This document shows, in pieces, positions 30,309 through 39,686 of a DNA stretch of 64,000 bases (position 1 is its first letter; every line of letters starts with the position of its first letter). The stretch lies in assembly GCA_018649885.1 (NCBI GenBank), contig JABIHA010000028.1:1-64000 (forward strand), read 5' to 3'. The DNA comes from Bacteriovoracaceae bacterium. GTDB lineage: Bacteria; Bdellovibrionota; Bacteriovoracia; Bacteriovoracales; Bacteriovoracaceae. The position numbers were made by a program, and so were the translations under genes. A model generated the notes under the pieces. That model searched no databases and was not told where the DNA came from. It was given only the letters and a program-made list of their open reading frames with translations.

Positions 30309-30377
30309 GCCCTAAAAAGAGAAAAGCCGCGAATTAAGCGACCTTTCATTTTATGTATTGGTAATTATAGTATTATT

Positions 30378-30785
30378 TTAGTCTTCATATTCTTCATCAT
30401 CGTAATCTTCTTCTCCTGCACTATCACACTTAAAATCAGCGTATTTTTTTGTAAGTCTTGCACATCTTCTACCATCTGGTTTCTTCTCACAAGACTTATC
30501 CATTTTTTTTGCGATTCTATCACATTTCTTACCTAACTTGCCTTTTGATGCTTTTCTATCAGAACGCCTTCCTCTTCTATTTGTTTTCTTAGCGGCCCGG
30601 TAGTCTTTTCTAGATCCACCATCTTCGCATAGAACTTGATACTTTGAAGTCAATTTTTGACATCTTCTACTATCAGGCTTTTTTCCACACCTTTTATCTC
30701 TTTTTTTTAAAATTCTGTCACAGTTTGCTGAAAACGCCGGCAAACTTAAAAGAAGACATGCACTCAGTATCAATAAAATTCTCAT
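30378..30785 (-). CDS. Secreted cationic Cys-repeat protein with acidic tail
   Basis: Two copies of CDRI.KK.DK.C.KKPD.RRC..LT.KY; C-terminus EEDYDDEEYED. Confidence 0.78.
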   Translation of the reverse strand: MRILLILSACLLLSLPAFSANCDRILKKRDKRCGKKPDSRRCQKLTSKYQVLCEDGGSRKDYRAAKKTNRRGRRSDRKASKGKLGKKCDRIAKKMDKSCEKKPDGRRCARLTKKYADFKCDSAGEEDYDDEEYED

Positions 30786-31198
30786 TTTCCTCTCCCGTTT
30801 ATCTGATAGTAATTCTCATACTCTTATCGACAAAAAATTAAACAAAACAATTATTTATTCAAGAAAATAACACTAAACTTTGGTTGCTCTTATACAATTT
30901 ACCAACAACTGGAAATGACAAAAATATTCTATATAATTTATTGATATTTGATTCTCAGAAAGTGGGCAAGCACAACAGCTTTAAACATATTCAATTTATC
31001 GGACCTAGTAGAGGGGGGATGAATGTCAAACTTGCAAAGCGTTAAATACATTTTAATTCAAGTGTTCAATTAATTGTTTGCTAATTTCATGTCAAAAATA
31101 CACACTTTTCGCGCGTGAATCAAAGATTACTTATAAAATTGACGAGCTGAAATTTCATTGTTAGCCATGGCACAATCGACATTTTTTTTGGAGTTAAA

Positions 31199-32188
31199 AT
31201 GAAAACAACTTTATTATTTCTAGTATCACTTTTCTCGCTAGCCGCTTTCAGCGCAAGTGCACCATCTTATACAGTAAAATCTTCTGAAATTTTAGGTAAA
31301 TATACCTTAACTAATGAAAACGATTATTTTTCTAAAGGAGATTCATTAGAGGTTAAATTTATTCAAAATGAAGATTCACTTGAAGAAAACAAATTGGTTG
31401 TCTACTTTTTAGATGCCTTTGATTACCCAGTGGATGTTTTTGAAGATAGTGGATCTCTTCAGATTGATGATTTTCAATATGGTGAGTGTGATGATCCTGG
31501 ATGTGGTTATATCTCAGGGATCAGTGGTAAAATAACTTCCACAAAAGTAGGGGATAGCTACGTTCCTTCTGTTCAAATGACACTTACCTACACTTACGAT
31601 TATCCTGAATATGAAGGAGATAGAGAAGGAGACGTAGAAGTTAATCTCGAATTTGTTTTCTCTGAAAAAATTGAAGATACAACTCCTCTTGCCAGACAGG
31701 TTGAACTCGACAGTAGACTTACGGAAATCATCAAAGCTGGAAAATTGGCAGATATGATGAAAGGCTCATCCACAGATTTTTTAAAAGTTAGAAGGACCAC
31801 TAGAATGCGTTTTAAAAAAGGTGTTACTCCAAAAGTTGGTGAAGCTAGTTTTAAAAAAGTATTTGAAAACTCAGGCAACTGGGTAAAACTTGAAAAAGAA
31901 GATATTCAAACTCTTGTATTTGAAAATGCAAAATACCACCTAAAAGTTTTTAAAGTTAACGCTAAGCTTAAAGGAAACTTAGAAAGTAAAGAAATTCAAG
32001 ATAAAGCCGTGGCCTATGAAGAGTATCTTTTTGACCTGGCCAGCTACCTTCATAGTGATGATCGCTTGGAGATTTATATGACAAAACCCTATCGTGAACT
32101 GTCAAAATCCTCAATGAGTATGTTCTCTATTTACTTGGTGCATCCTATATACAGATCAGTGACAACTCTAGATTTTGATAATCAATAA
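31199..32188 (+). CDS. Secreted hypothetical protein
   Basis: Signal peptide ending AFS/ASA; ECDDPGC motif; GGAG SD. Confidence 0.75.
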   Translation: MKTTLLFLVSLFSLAAFSASAPSYTVKSSEILGKYTLTNENDYFSKGDSLEVKFIQNEDSLEENKLVVYFLDAFDYPVDVFEDSGSLQIDDFQYGECDDPGCGYISGISGKITSTKVGDSYVPSVQMTLTYTYDYPEYEGDREGDVEVNLEFVFSEKIEDTTPLARQVELDSRLTEIIKAGKLADMMKGSSTDFLKVRRTTRMRFKKGVTPKVGEASFKKVFENSGNWVKLEKEDIQTLVFENAKYHLKVFKVNAKLKGNLESKEIQDKAVAYEEYLFDLASYLHSDDRLEIYMTKPYRELSKSSMSMFSIYLVHPIYRSVTTLDFDNQ

Positions 32189-32241
32189 TTTACGGCCTAA
32201 TATTTAATAATAAACCAGGGTCACAATTTTAGTGGCCATTT

Positions 32242-33111
32242 TTATTTTGTTATTAGTTCAACTAATTTTAGTACCGTTTTATCGACCTTGTTTTTTTGAA
32301 GCATGTAAAGGCCATGGTGTTTTTTGATCAGAGCAAAAGGGATTTTATCTAATATGACTATATTTTTATTGTTAGGGGTAGCATCAAGGAATGATTTTGC
32401 TATAAATGCAGCGCCAATTCCCTGTTTGATAAGGTTTAGCTGTAGGTTGATATCATTTATTTCCCACACTGTTTTGAAGTAATCTCTAATTTTTTTTCTT
32501 GAAGGTCTCTGGTCGGGACTGTCTAAATAAGATGATAAAAGTGGTGTTTCTTTTAAAAACTGCAGGGGACTGTGTTTGTAAGTCTTATAGTTGGGATTAT
32601 TCTTACCAGTTACGAGGCAAGATTGTTCTGTTAATAATTTTATGGCGTGAAGTCCTTCCATCTTTTTTTGAAATGGTCCAATCCCCACAAGAAATTGCTC
32701 ACTCTTAATTGCTTGAATGATTTCTCTAGCTGGCATCCGTTTGATTTTTATATTGGCCTCAGGAAGAAGCTTGTTAAATCCAGCTACGATTTTTGGACAA
32801 TAGTAATTTGCTGCCAAGTGATCAACAGCAATACTTAGAGTTTGGAGGTGACCGTCTTTTAATCTGTGAAGCTGGTTTTTAAAATTAGTTTCACTTTCAA
32901 GGACATATCTTGCGTGCTTAAGCAGTTCAGTGCCTATTGGAGTCGGTTTGATAGGAGTAGTGCGTTCTAATAGCTTTTCACCCAGTTTTCTTTCCAGGTT
33001 AGACAGAGATTGGCTTATAGCTGGTTGGGAAAGGCCAAGCTGAGTCGCTGCCAGCTTGAATCCACCAGTGTCTACAATAGATGTTAATACTCTTAGTTCC
33101 TGAATTTCCAT
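32242..33111 (-). CDS. LysR family transcriptional regulator
   Basis: GGFKLAATQLGLSQPAISQSLSNLERKLGEKLLER HTH; divergent from citrate synthase-like gene. Confidence 0.92.
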   Translation of the reverse strand: MEIQELRVLTSIVDTGGFKLAATQLGLSQPAISQSLSNLERKLGEKLLERTTPIKPTPIGTELLKHARYVLESETNFKNQLHRLKDGHLQTLSIAVDHLAANYYCPKIVAGFNKLLPEANIKIKRMPAREIIQAIKSEQFLVGIGPFQKKMEGLHAIKLLTEQSCLVTGKNNPNYKTYKHSPLQFLKETPLLSSYLDSPDQRPSRKKIRDYFKTVWEINDINLQLNLIKQGIGAAFIAKSFLDATPNNKNIVILDKIPFALIKKHHGLYMLQKNKVDKTVLKLVELITK

Positions 33112-33214
33112 CACTATAAGCAATCCTTATAAATATATAATAAATATCGACTTTATTTATATAGCATATTGATGGATTATTTGAAAGAGATAACCGGAAG
33201 CCGAGGAGAATCGT

Positions 33215-34327
33215 GTGAAACAAGACCAACAAGTGATTTACAAGGGACTAGAAGGCATTTACGTCGATACTACTGCCATCTCTCAAATTGATGGGGAGCT
33301 CGGACTTTTAAGTTATAGAGGAATTCCCATAGAAGAATTGGTGGGCCTTGATTTTGCTACTGTCTGCTTTCTTGTACTATTTGGGCGCAGGCCTTGTGTT
33401 AATGAAAGGGAAGAGCTTGAAACATTTCTGCTAGGTAATTCTCATACCACAAAAAAAGAAGAGGCCATTTTAGGTTCAATTCCAGAGGGTCTACATCCTA
33501 TGAAGGTTCTTCAAGGGATGATTCCATTGATTGATTTAGAAAATGAAAACAACTTAAAAGGGGCCTACTCTGAAGAGCTTAGAAATGGTCTTATGGTAGC
33601 AGCGAAGCTTCCAGCAATCTTGGCGGCATTCCACAGGATTCGTATTGGTGAAAAAGTGTTATCTATTAAAAAAGGTCTTTCATTCAATGCTAATTTCTTG
33701 TACCGCTTTACTGGAAAACTTCCCACAGATTTAGAAACCAAAACTCTCGATACAGCTCAAATTCTTCAAATGGAACACGGGTTTAATGCCAGTACATACT
33801 CTGCAAGGGTCACCGCCAGTACGCTGGCACCTGTAGAGGTTGCACTTTCAGCAGCAATTGGAACACTCTACGGAAAGCTTCACGGAAGAGCTGATCAAGC
33901 GGCACTGGAAATGGCGATGGAAATTGGCAGGGTTGAGGATGTTGAAAACTTTATTTTAAGTGCCCTTGATTCAAAGAAAAAAATTATGGGCATGGGACAC
34001 AGAGTTTACAAGGTTGTGGATCCAAGGGCCAAAATATTAAGGCCCATGGCAGAGGCACTATGTGCGGGAACACCTTTTGAGGGGAACTTCCGCGTTTTGG
34101 AAAAGATCGAAGAAGTAATGGGGACAGAGATGCTGAAAAAAGGAAAACACATAAAAGCAAATGTAGAGTTTTATAAAGGGCCGGTATTTTATGCACTAGG
34201 GATTCCTACCCAATATTTCACATCACTCTTTGCTATGTCCCGAACGTTTGGATATTTGGCGCATATTTTAGAAAGTAGAAAAGATAACAAATTGATTCGG
34301 CCTAAAGCATTTTATGTGGGCAATTAG
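33215..34327 (+). CDS. Citrate synthase / 2-methylcitrate synthase family protein (type I-like, variant motifs)
   Basis: KGLEG, G.LSYRG, EHGFNASTY, G.LHG, IMGMGHRVYK..DPR, NVEFY, FAMSR..G. Confidence 0.9.
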   Translation: MKQDQQVIYKGLEGIYVDTTAISQIDGELGLLSYRGIPIEELVGLDFATVCFLVLFGRRPCVNEREELETFLLGNSHTTKKEEAILGSIPEGLHPMKVLQGMIPLIDLENENNLKGAYSEELRNGLMVAAKLPAILAAFHRIRIGEKVLSIKKGLSFNANFLYRFTGKLPTDLETKTLDTAQILQMEHGFNASTYSARVTASTLAPVEVALSAAIGTLYGKLHGRADQAALEMAMEIGRVEDVENFILSALDSKKKIMGMGHRVYKVVDPRAKILRPMAEALCAGTPFEGNFRVLEKIEEVMGTEMLKKGKHIKANVEFYKGPVFYALGIPTQYFTSLFAMSRTFGYLAHILESRKDNKLIRPKAFYVGN

Positions 34328-34515
34328 AATATTTGCCTAGAAGCTTTTGGAGCACACTACTCTTTTTTTTAGCCTATTCACATAGCAGCAGGCGGAAGAC
34401 AGGCTTGGGCCTTGCCTGCCGTTCTTCGCGACAAGTCATCCATCTTCATTAAGTTGACATTAAGAGTCCATAAATGATTCCATACTTAGAGTATTTTCTA
34501 TCAGATGGAGCTTTT

Positions 34516-36276
34516 ATGAAAATCACTCTAGTCCTGTCCCTATTTATATTCTTTTCTTTATCAGCTCATAGTCTTGAAATTTTGAATTTACAACTTTCAG
34601 GATCTAGAACATGCGCTCTTGTAAAAGGCACAGATGGAAATCGCCTAGAATGTTTTGGCCTTTCCAAAGGTGATTTTACACCACCGATAAAAAACCTAAC
34701 AAATATATCTGTTGGTGGTGATCATATGTGTTCCATTATTTCTTCAAAGCTTCGCTGTTGGGGCAATGCCATGGATATTAGTCTAGATGTAGACAGTCCG
34801 AGGGCCCTAAGCTCTTCCAAATCCGTCAGTTGTTTATCAAGTGGTGGAGTCCTAGAGTGTGTTGGACCTAGTAAATTTGCAAAATTAACACCTCCTAAAG
34901 TTGACGAAGTGATTAAGATATCTCTTTCTCCGATCCATGGATGTTTATTAAATGACAAAATAGAAGGACCAAATGAAGTATTGTGCTGGGGAGACAATCG
35001 CTTTGGTAAAGTTGATGTTCCCCTTTATATCAAAAATCCTGTGGATGTAGTAGTAGGTGCAAGCTTTAGCTGCGTTATTGATCAGTATCAAAAAGAAAAA
35101 AGAAGAGTCGTTTGTTGGGGGAGAGGCAAGGATGGCGAATTAGCTATTCCTAGCGGAAAGTTAAACTTTCCTCTGAGATTATCAGCAGGGAAATCACATC
35201 TTTGTGTTCTCGATCAAATAAACCATTGGCAGGAAACTCAGTTATTTTGCTGGGGAAAAAATACTATGGGACAAATTGATGTGCCTAGTTTAAAAAATCC
35301 ACTTTTTATTTCATCTGGAGCAAACCACAGTTGTGCATACTATGATGAGAGTAAAGAGCTTGCCTGCTTTGGATCTAATTACAGTGGTGAGGGAGATATT
35401 CTGCCCTTACATGCAAAATCTACTCTAAGTAAATCCTTACTGGTGGTAAAAAAAGAGCTTGGATTAAATAAGTCTTCGGTGAGCGGGGTTCTTAGCACGG
35501 GTTTTTACCATTCATGTGTTATTGATAAAGTGGGAGTAAAATGCTGGGGATCAAATTCATTTGGGCAAACAGAAGTTCCTAAACTGCGTAGGCCCACTTA
35601 TGTAACGGCGGGTGGTCATCATACATGTGCTCTAGATAGCAGTGGTGTTAAATGTTGGGGGAAAAATAATTTTGGCCAAACCGATGTACCGAAACTGAAC
35701 GGACCGATTCAGGTTTTGGCGGGGGCAAAACACACTTGCGCTCTAGACCAGGACGGAGTTAAGTGTTGGGGTAGCAATACCGATTATCAATTAAAAATAC
35801 CTGTACTAGACAAACCCATATGGATATCGAGAGGCTACTATCATAATTGTGCTAGAGATAAAGAGGGGGTAAAATGCTGGGGAAAATTTGGACGCTATAA
35901 TGGATATGTAGTACCTCCCGTTTTGAAAAATACGACACAAATGGCCGGCAGTGATCAACATGTTTGTGCCATCGACTCAGGAGTCGTTAAATGTTGGGGA
36001 GTCGCAAAGTATGGTGCAACTATTGTCCCGAGACTTACCGCACCTACTCAAATTGCAACGGGTGAAAGACATATCTGTGCTATCGAAAATAAGACAAAAG
36101 CAAATTGTTGGGGAACAAATAAACACGGTCAATTAAATCCTCCCACTTTTAATAAAATAAAAGTGATGGACGCTTTTGCCCTTCATAGCTGTGCACTAGA
36201 TGCTGATGGTGTTAAGTGTTGGGGATGGAATAAATATGGTCAAAATGATGTGCCAAAGTCTTTAGTTCTTAGATAG
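34516..36276 (+). CDS. Secreted RCC1/BLIP-II repeat protein, two propeller regions
   Basis: Signal peptide; seven ~37-aa C-terminal repeats H.C.....GVKCWG.N..GQ..VP. Confidence 0.88.
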   Translation: MKITLVLSLFIFFSLSAHSLEILNLQLSGSRTCALVKGTDGNRLECFGLSKGDFTPPIKNLTNISVGGDHMCSIISSKLRCWGNAMDISLDVDSPRALSSSKSVSCLSSGGVLECVGPSKFAKLTPPKVDEVIKISLSPIHGCLLNDKIEGPNEVLCWGDNRFGKVDVPLYIKNPVDVVVGASFSCVIDQYQKEKRRVVCWGRGKDGELAIPSGKLNFPLRLSAGKSHLCVLDQINHWQETQLFCWGKNTMGQIDVPSLKNPLFISSGANHSCAYYDESKELACFGSNYSGEGDILPLHAKSTLSKSLLVVKKELGLNKSSVSGVLSTGFYHSCVIDKVGVKCWGSNSFGQTEVPKLRRPTYVTAGGHHTCALDSSGVKCWGKNNFGQTDVPKLNGPIQVLAGAKHTCALDQDGVKCWGSNTDYQLKIPVLDKPIWISRGYYHNCARDKEGVKCWGKFGRYNGYVVPPVLKNTTQMAGSDQHVCAIDSGVVKCWGVAKYGATIVPRLTAPTQIATGERHICAIENKTKANCWGTNKHGQLNPPTFNKIKVMDAFALHSCALDADGVKCWGWNKYGQNDVPKSLVLR

Positions 36277-36745
36277 GTGAAAGAAAGAAGACTTAAGAGC
36301 TTAAGCCTTCTATCTTTTCGACTGGAATCGGACTGGCAAATAAATGAAATAAAGTAGAAATGTGGGGGGCCTACTTAAACAAGAATATTTTTTTGTTCTA
36401 GAGTTAGTATACTTTGAAATAGAAAATGATCCTTTATTCTCCTCTACACTTGTAATATTTCTCTATCCATATTTAAAGAGAGCTGATTCACCGTTCGATA
36501 CGGCACATGGTTTTTGGCCTTTAAATCGCATCAGAGTGTCCAAGAATTTTGCACTATTTTAATTATCGCCTAAATGTGAAACCACATTGGAGTTTTTTCA
36601 CACTGTGGACATCAAAACTGCCTTTATTGATACAATTAAATTGAATAAATCTAACTAAAGGGTGTTACAAGGAAGGGTTTTAGTCTATTGGCGCTTTGTC
36701 TCCAATACTCTTGGAACTTTATTCTTATTAACATAGAATTGAATT

Positions 36746-37717
36746 ATGGAAAAATTAGACTTTAAGTCCCTTGCTATTCAAATTATTAGGGCGGCCCGTG
36801 GAGACAAATCTCAGAATTTTCTAAATCTTGCACTCGGAAGTAGTTTTAATGTTGTTGCCAAGTGGGAAAATGCCAGAAAAAGAATTTCTTGGAATGAGTT
36901 TGTTAATATTTGCGAAGTTCTTGATCTTCCTTTAGACAATGCTCTCAATTATGGCTGTTTTTACAATGGTGATATTAGAGACTGTGGGAAATTATTTGGC
37001 CATATATCATCTGGGAAATCATCGGCCGAGGTTTCCAACGATTTAGGAATCAGTAAGTCTAAGGCCCTGAGGCGAATTAATGGAGAAAAGCTTCTTCTTG
37101 AAGAGATGTTAAGTGGAATGCACTATTACTTTAGTATTAGGTTTTGGGTTTTTATTAAAAGTCTTAATCTTTCTGGAGAAATAGACTGTGAATCAAGTGA
37201 TATCGAAATAATAAAACAGCTCAGTGATATCACTGATGAGCACCCTTCTAGTGATATATTAGTTCCTTATTTGAACACAGTTGAATATAAAAATATGGCA
37301 AGTCACAAAGCTGGTTTTCTGGCCACCTGTACTGATATAGGAACAGAAGAAGAAAATAAAATGCTTAACAGCTTAGAAAGTGCTGGCATAATTTATTTTG
37401 AAGACGGCAAATTTATTGAAAGGCATGGAGATATTACCCATCATGATGATTTCGAAAGCAGCAAAAAGCGCTTTCGATATATTTTTGAACAGTCTCTTGA
37501 ATCCCTTAATGCTGAAAAGGAAGAACATCACCATACAAAAAATAGAAGATATTGCACTTTTGATTGTGACCCTGACACAGAAAAAAAGTTGATAGCACTT
37601 ACTGACAATTTCTACAAAGAATTTCTTAATATCATGTCTAAGAGAGACCAGGAGAAATCGGACAAAGTTTTAGCTTTTTGTCTTCATCTCTTTGATACAG
37701 ACAAAAGAAAGGACTAG
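36746..37717 (+). CDS. HTH plus DUF4423/TIGR02147-like protein
   Basis: N-terminal XRE-like HTH (RAARGDKSQ..L...LG...N.VAKWENA), central wHTH (LESAGII) and terminal AFCLHLF strand typical of this family. Confidence 0.65.
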   Translation: MEKLDFKSLAIQIIRAARGDKSQNFLNLALGSSFNVVAKWENARKRISWNEFVNICEVLDLPLDNALNYGCFYNGDIRDCGKLFGHISSGKSSAEVSNDLGISKSKALRRINGEKLLLEEMLSGMHYYFSIRFWVFIKSLNLSGEIDCESSDIEIIKQLSDITDEHPSSDILVPYLNTVEYKNMASHKAGFLATCTDIGTEEENKMLNSLESAGIIYFEDGKFIERHGDITHHDDFESSKKRFRYIFEQSLESLNAEKEEHHHTKNRRYCTFDCDPDTEKKLIALTDNFYKEFLNIMSKRDQEKSDKVLAFCLHLFDTDKRKD

Positions 37718-37768
37718 TTTACATGCCTCAAAATCGTCCTCTACAGAGGATTAATTATTAAAATCACT

Positions 37769-38662
37769 TTGATGATCCTTCTTATTGTCACATCTTTGAT
37801 TTCGATTTTTCTTTACACAGGTGACTTGAGTGAACAAATAATTATAGAAAAGTACCAAACCCCGAACTCCCAATTCCTGAAAATAGGTGGCCAGAAAATT
37901 CATTTCACAAGACATGGAAAGGGCGATCAAATGATTTTGTTACATGGATCGGGCCAGTCATTTAAAGTATTTGATGGAATTTCCCCAATGCTTTCAGCTC
38001 ACTTTGAGGTCTTTGCCGTTGATTTACCGGGATTTGGTCTTTCTAATAATCAGGCGCAAAAAGAGCTATCTACAAGCTACTATATCGAATTTTTGAATAA
38101 GTTCATGAAAAAATTAAATATTTCCAGGCCTATCTTGATCGGAACATCACTTGGAGGAAAAATCGCTTGGAGATACGCACTTAAGTATCCAGAAAGTACC
38201 AAGAGTCTTATTTTACTTGCTCCTGGAGGCACTGCTAAACGCAAAGGCCCTGCTTTTTTAAAACACCTTATTAGCTTCTCCCCTGCAAGATCGATTCTAT
38301 CGAAAATTGGACCGAGGGAGTTAATCCTATTCAATTATATGAATTCTTGTAATGAAAAATTATCAATTCAAAAATTCAATGAATTTTACGATATTTTTCT
38401 TAAACAAGGCAATAGAGCAGCATTTTATAATAATTGGGATGCCGCGAGTTCAGAGCTTATGGACTTATTTCCTATCAGTGATATACCCACGCTACTGATT
38501 TGGGGAAAAGAGGATAAGCTGATATCCATAAAAGAGGCGGACAAAATTTCTAGTTATTTCTCAAACATCGTGGTCAAAAAGTTTAATAACTTAGGTCATT
38601 TTTCTGTAGAAGAAGATCCCAAACTGATCTTTAAAAATATTAAAGAATTTCTGATACCTTGA
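37769..38662 (+). CDS. Alpha/beta hydrolase with N-terminal anchor
   Basis: LLHGSG, VDLPGFG, GTSLGG, PTLLIWGKED, GH...EE; start may be ATT at 37757. Confidence 0.9.
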   Translation: MMILLIVTSLISIFLYTGDLSEQIIIEKYQTPNSQFLKIGGQKIHFTRHGKGDQMILLHGSGQSFKVFDGISPMLSAHFEVFAVDLPGFGLSNNQAQKELSTSYYIEFLNKFMKKLNISRPILIGTSLGGKIAWRYALKYPESTKSLILLAPGGTAKRKGPAFLKHLISFSPARSILSKIGPRELILFNYMNSCNEKLSIQKFNEFYDIFLKQGNRAAFYNNWDAASSELMDLFPISDIPTLLIWGKEDKLISIKEADKISSYFSNIVVKKFNNLGHFSVEEDPKLIFKNIKEFLIP

Positions 38663-38688
38663 GTGTTAGTCCTCTTGTGAGAAGAGTA

Positions 38689-39087
38689 CTATCTTCCTGG
38701 GACACATACTCCGCGCTCGTAATAGTGGCAATTGGGTTTATTTGTACTTGTGGTTTTTGCTTTAGCTTTAGCTGCCAGTAGGTCCTCACAGTTTAAGCTC
38801 ACAGTACTTTCACTTACACAGGTACTTGCTTCACTGAGGGCAGAGCACTCTAAGTAGGCTTGGTCTCTTGGAGCAAATTTCCCCTGACAGTCACTCTCTA
38901 CGTAGAACGATTGGAAGTGCTCAAGAGCAGCTGAAAACTTATTAAGGCCCTCGCCATCACTTCCACAATCATTTACAGCGGACTCCATCATGCCATTTTC
39001 CACAAGGTGCTTGGCCGCATCTGTGTTGCAAGTTGCAAATGTTAAAGAGCTGATTGTTAAAAAGAATGCTACTAGGATTAATTTCAT
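38689..39087 (-). CDS. Small secreted Cys-rich protein
   Basis: Signal peptide ending TFA; 8 Cys; GGAG SD. Confidence 0.75.
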   Translation of the reverse strand: MKLILVAFFLTISSLTFATCNTDAAKHLVENGMMESAVNDCGSDGEGLNKFSAALEHFQSFYVESDCQGKFAPRDQAYLECSALSEASTCVSESTVSLNCEDLLAAKAKAKTTSTNKPNCHYYERGVCVPGR

Positions 39088-39270
39088 AAGAGTTCTCCAT
39101 TTTTAATTTTAAGTTCACTTAGGGAATTACACGGCTGATTTTGATTCGTCAGGGTAATTGAAAAAAATTTATGGAAAAACTTAAGCTAATTCGGTTAAGT
39201 CGCAGATATTATGAAAAAAAAGATTAAGAGGAATTGAAATACTTTCACTGTGATGCGGGGCATATAAGGA

Positions 39271-39633
39271 TCAATTGAGTAGTTCTTTAAACATCCCAGT
39301 TTCAATGGCCTTAACTGTTTGGCCGCGTCCACCGAGCAGTTTTCCTTTCACAAAAACTTGGGGAAATGTGGGCCATCCGCTCCAGATTTTAATCGCCAAT
39401 CTCTTTCTCCATAGTTTTAGGTAGTTTCCATACTCTAGATAGTGAAAAGGAGTATCATTGTCTGATAGATATTTTCTCAAATAGATAACATGAGGATTCC
39501 AGGCCATTCCCACTACAACTACATCGTGAGAGTTAATAGCACTCTTTACTTCATCAATAATCCCTGGATGAAAGCCATCCATAGACTTTCTTGCATATTC
39601 TGTTGCTTCTGGATGTTCCGTGGTTGTAGTCAA
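39271..39633 (-). CDS. Glutaredoxin-like protein with no cysteine
   Basis: WSGWPTFPQVFVKGKLLGG monothiol-Grx C-terminal signature; TTG after AGGAG. Confidence 0.8.
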   Translation of the reverse strand: MTTTTEHPEATEYARKSMDGFHPGIIDEVKSAINSHDVVVVGMAWNPHVIYLRKYLSDNDTPFHYLEYGNYLKLWRKRLAIKIWSGWPTFPQVFVKGKLLGGRGQTVKAIETGMFKELLN

Positions 39634-39656
39634 GACCGTCTCCTAGTGCTTTTGTG

Positions 39657-39680
39657 GGGCCTCGCTTTAACACGAGGCCC
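39657..39680. other. GC-rich hairpin between the AAA gene and the glutaredoxin-like gene
   Basis: GGGCCTCG-CTTTAACA-CGAGGCCC; no U-tract on the minus (sense) strand. Confidence 0.5.
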
Positions 39681-39686
39681 TATATA

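Noticed and set aside
33124..33214. Specific LysR T-N11-A box
   Set aside because: The spacer is too AT-rich to pick one site reliably
33215..34327. Gene symbol gltA or prpC
   Set aside because: Variant catalytic motifs and no prp or TCA neighbours; orthology cannot be set by eye
36362..36562. 66-aa ORF and a stop-interrupted minus frame in this spacer
   Set aside because: No recognisable motif; too weak to call
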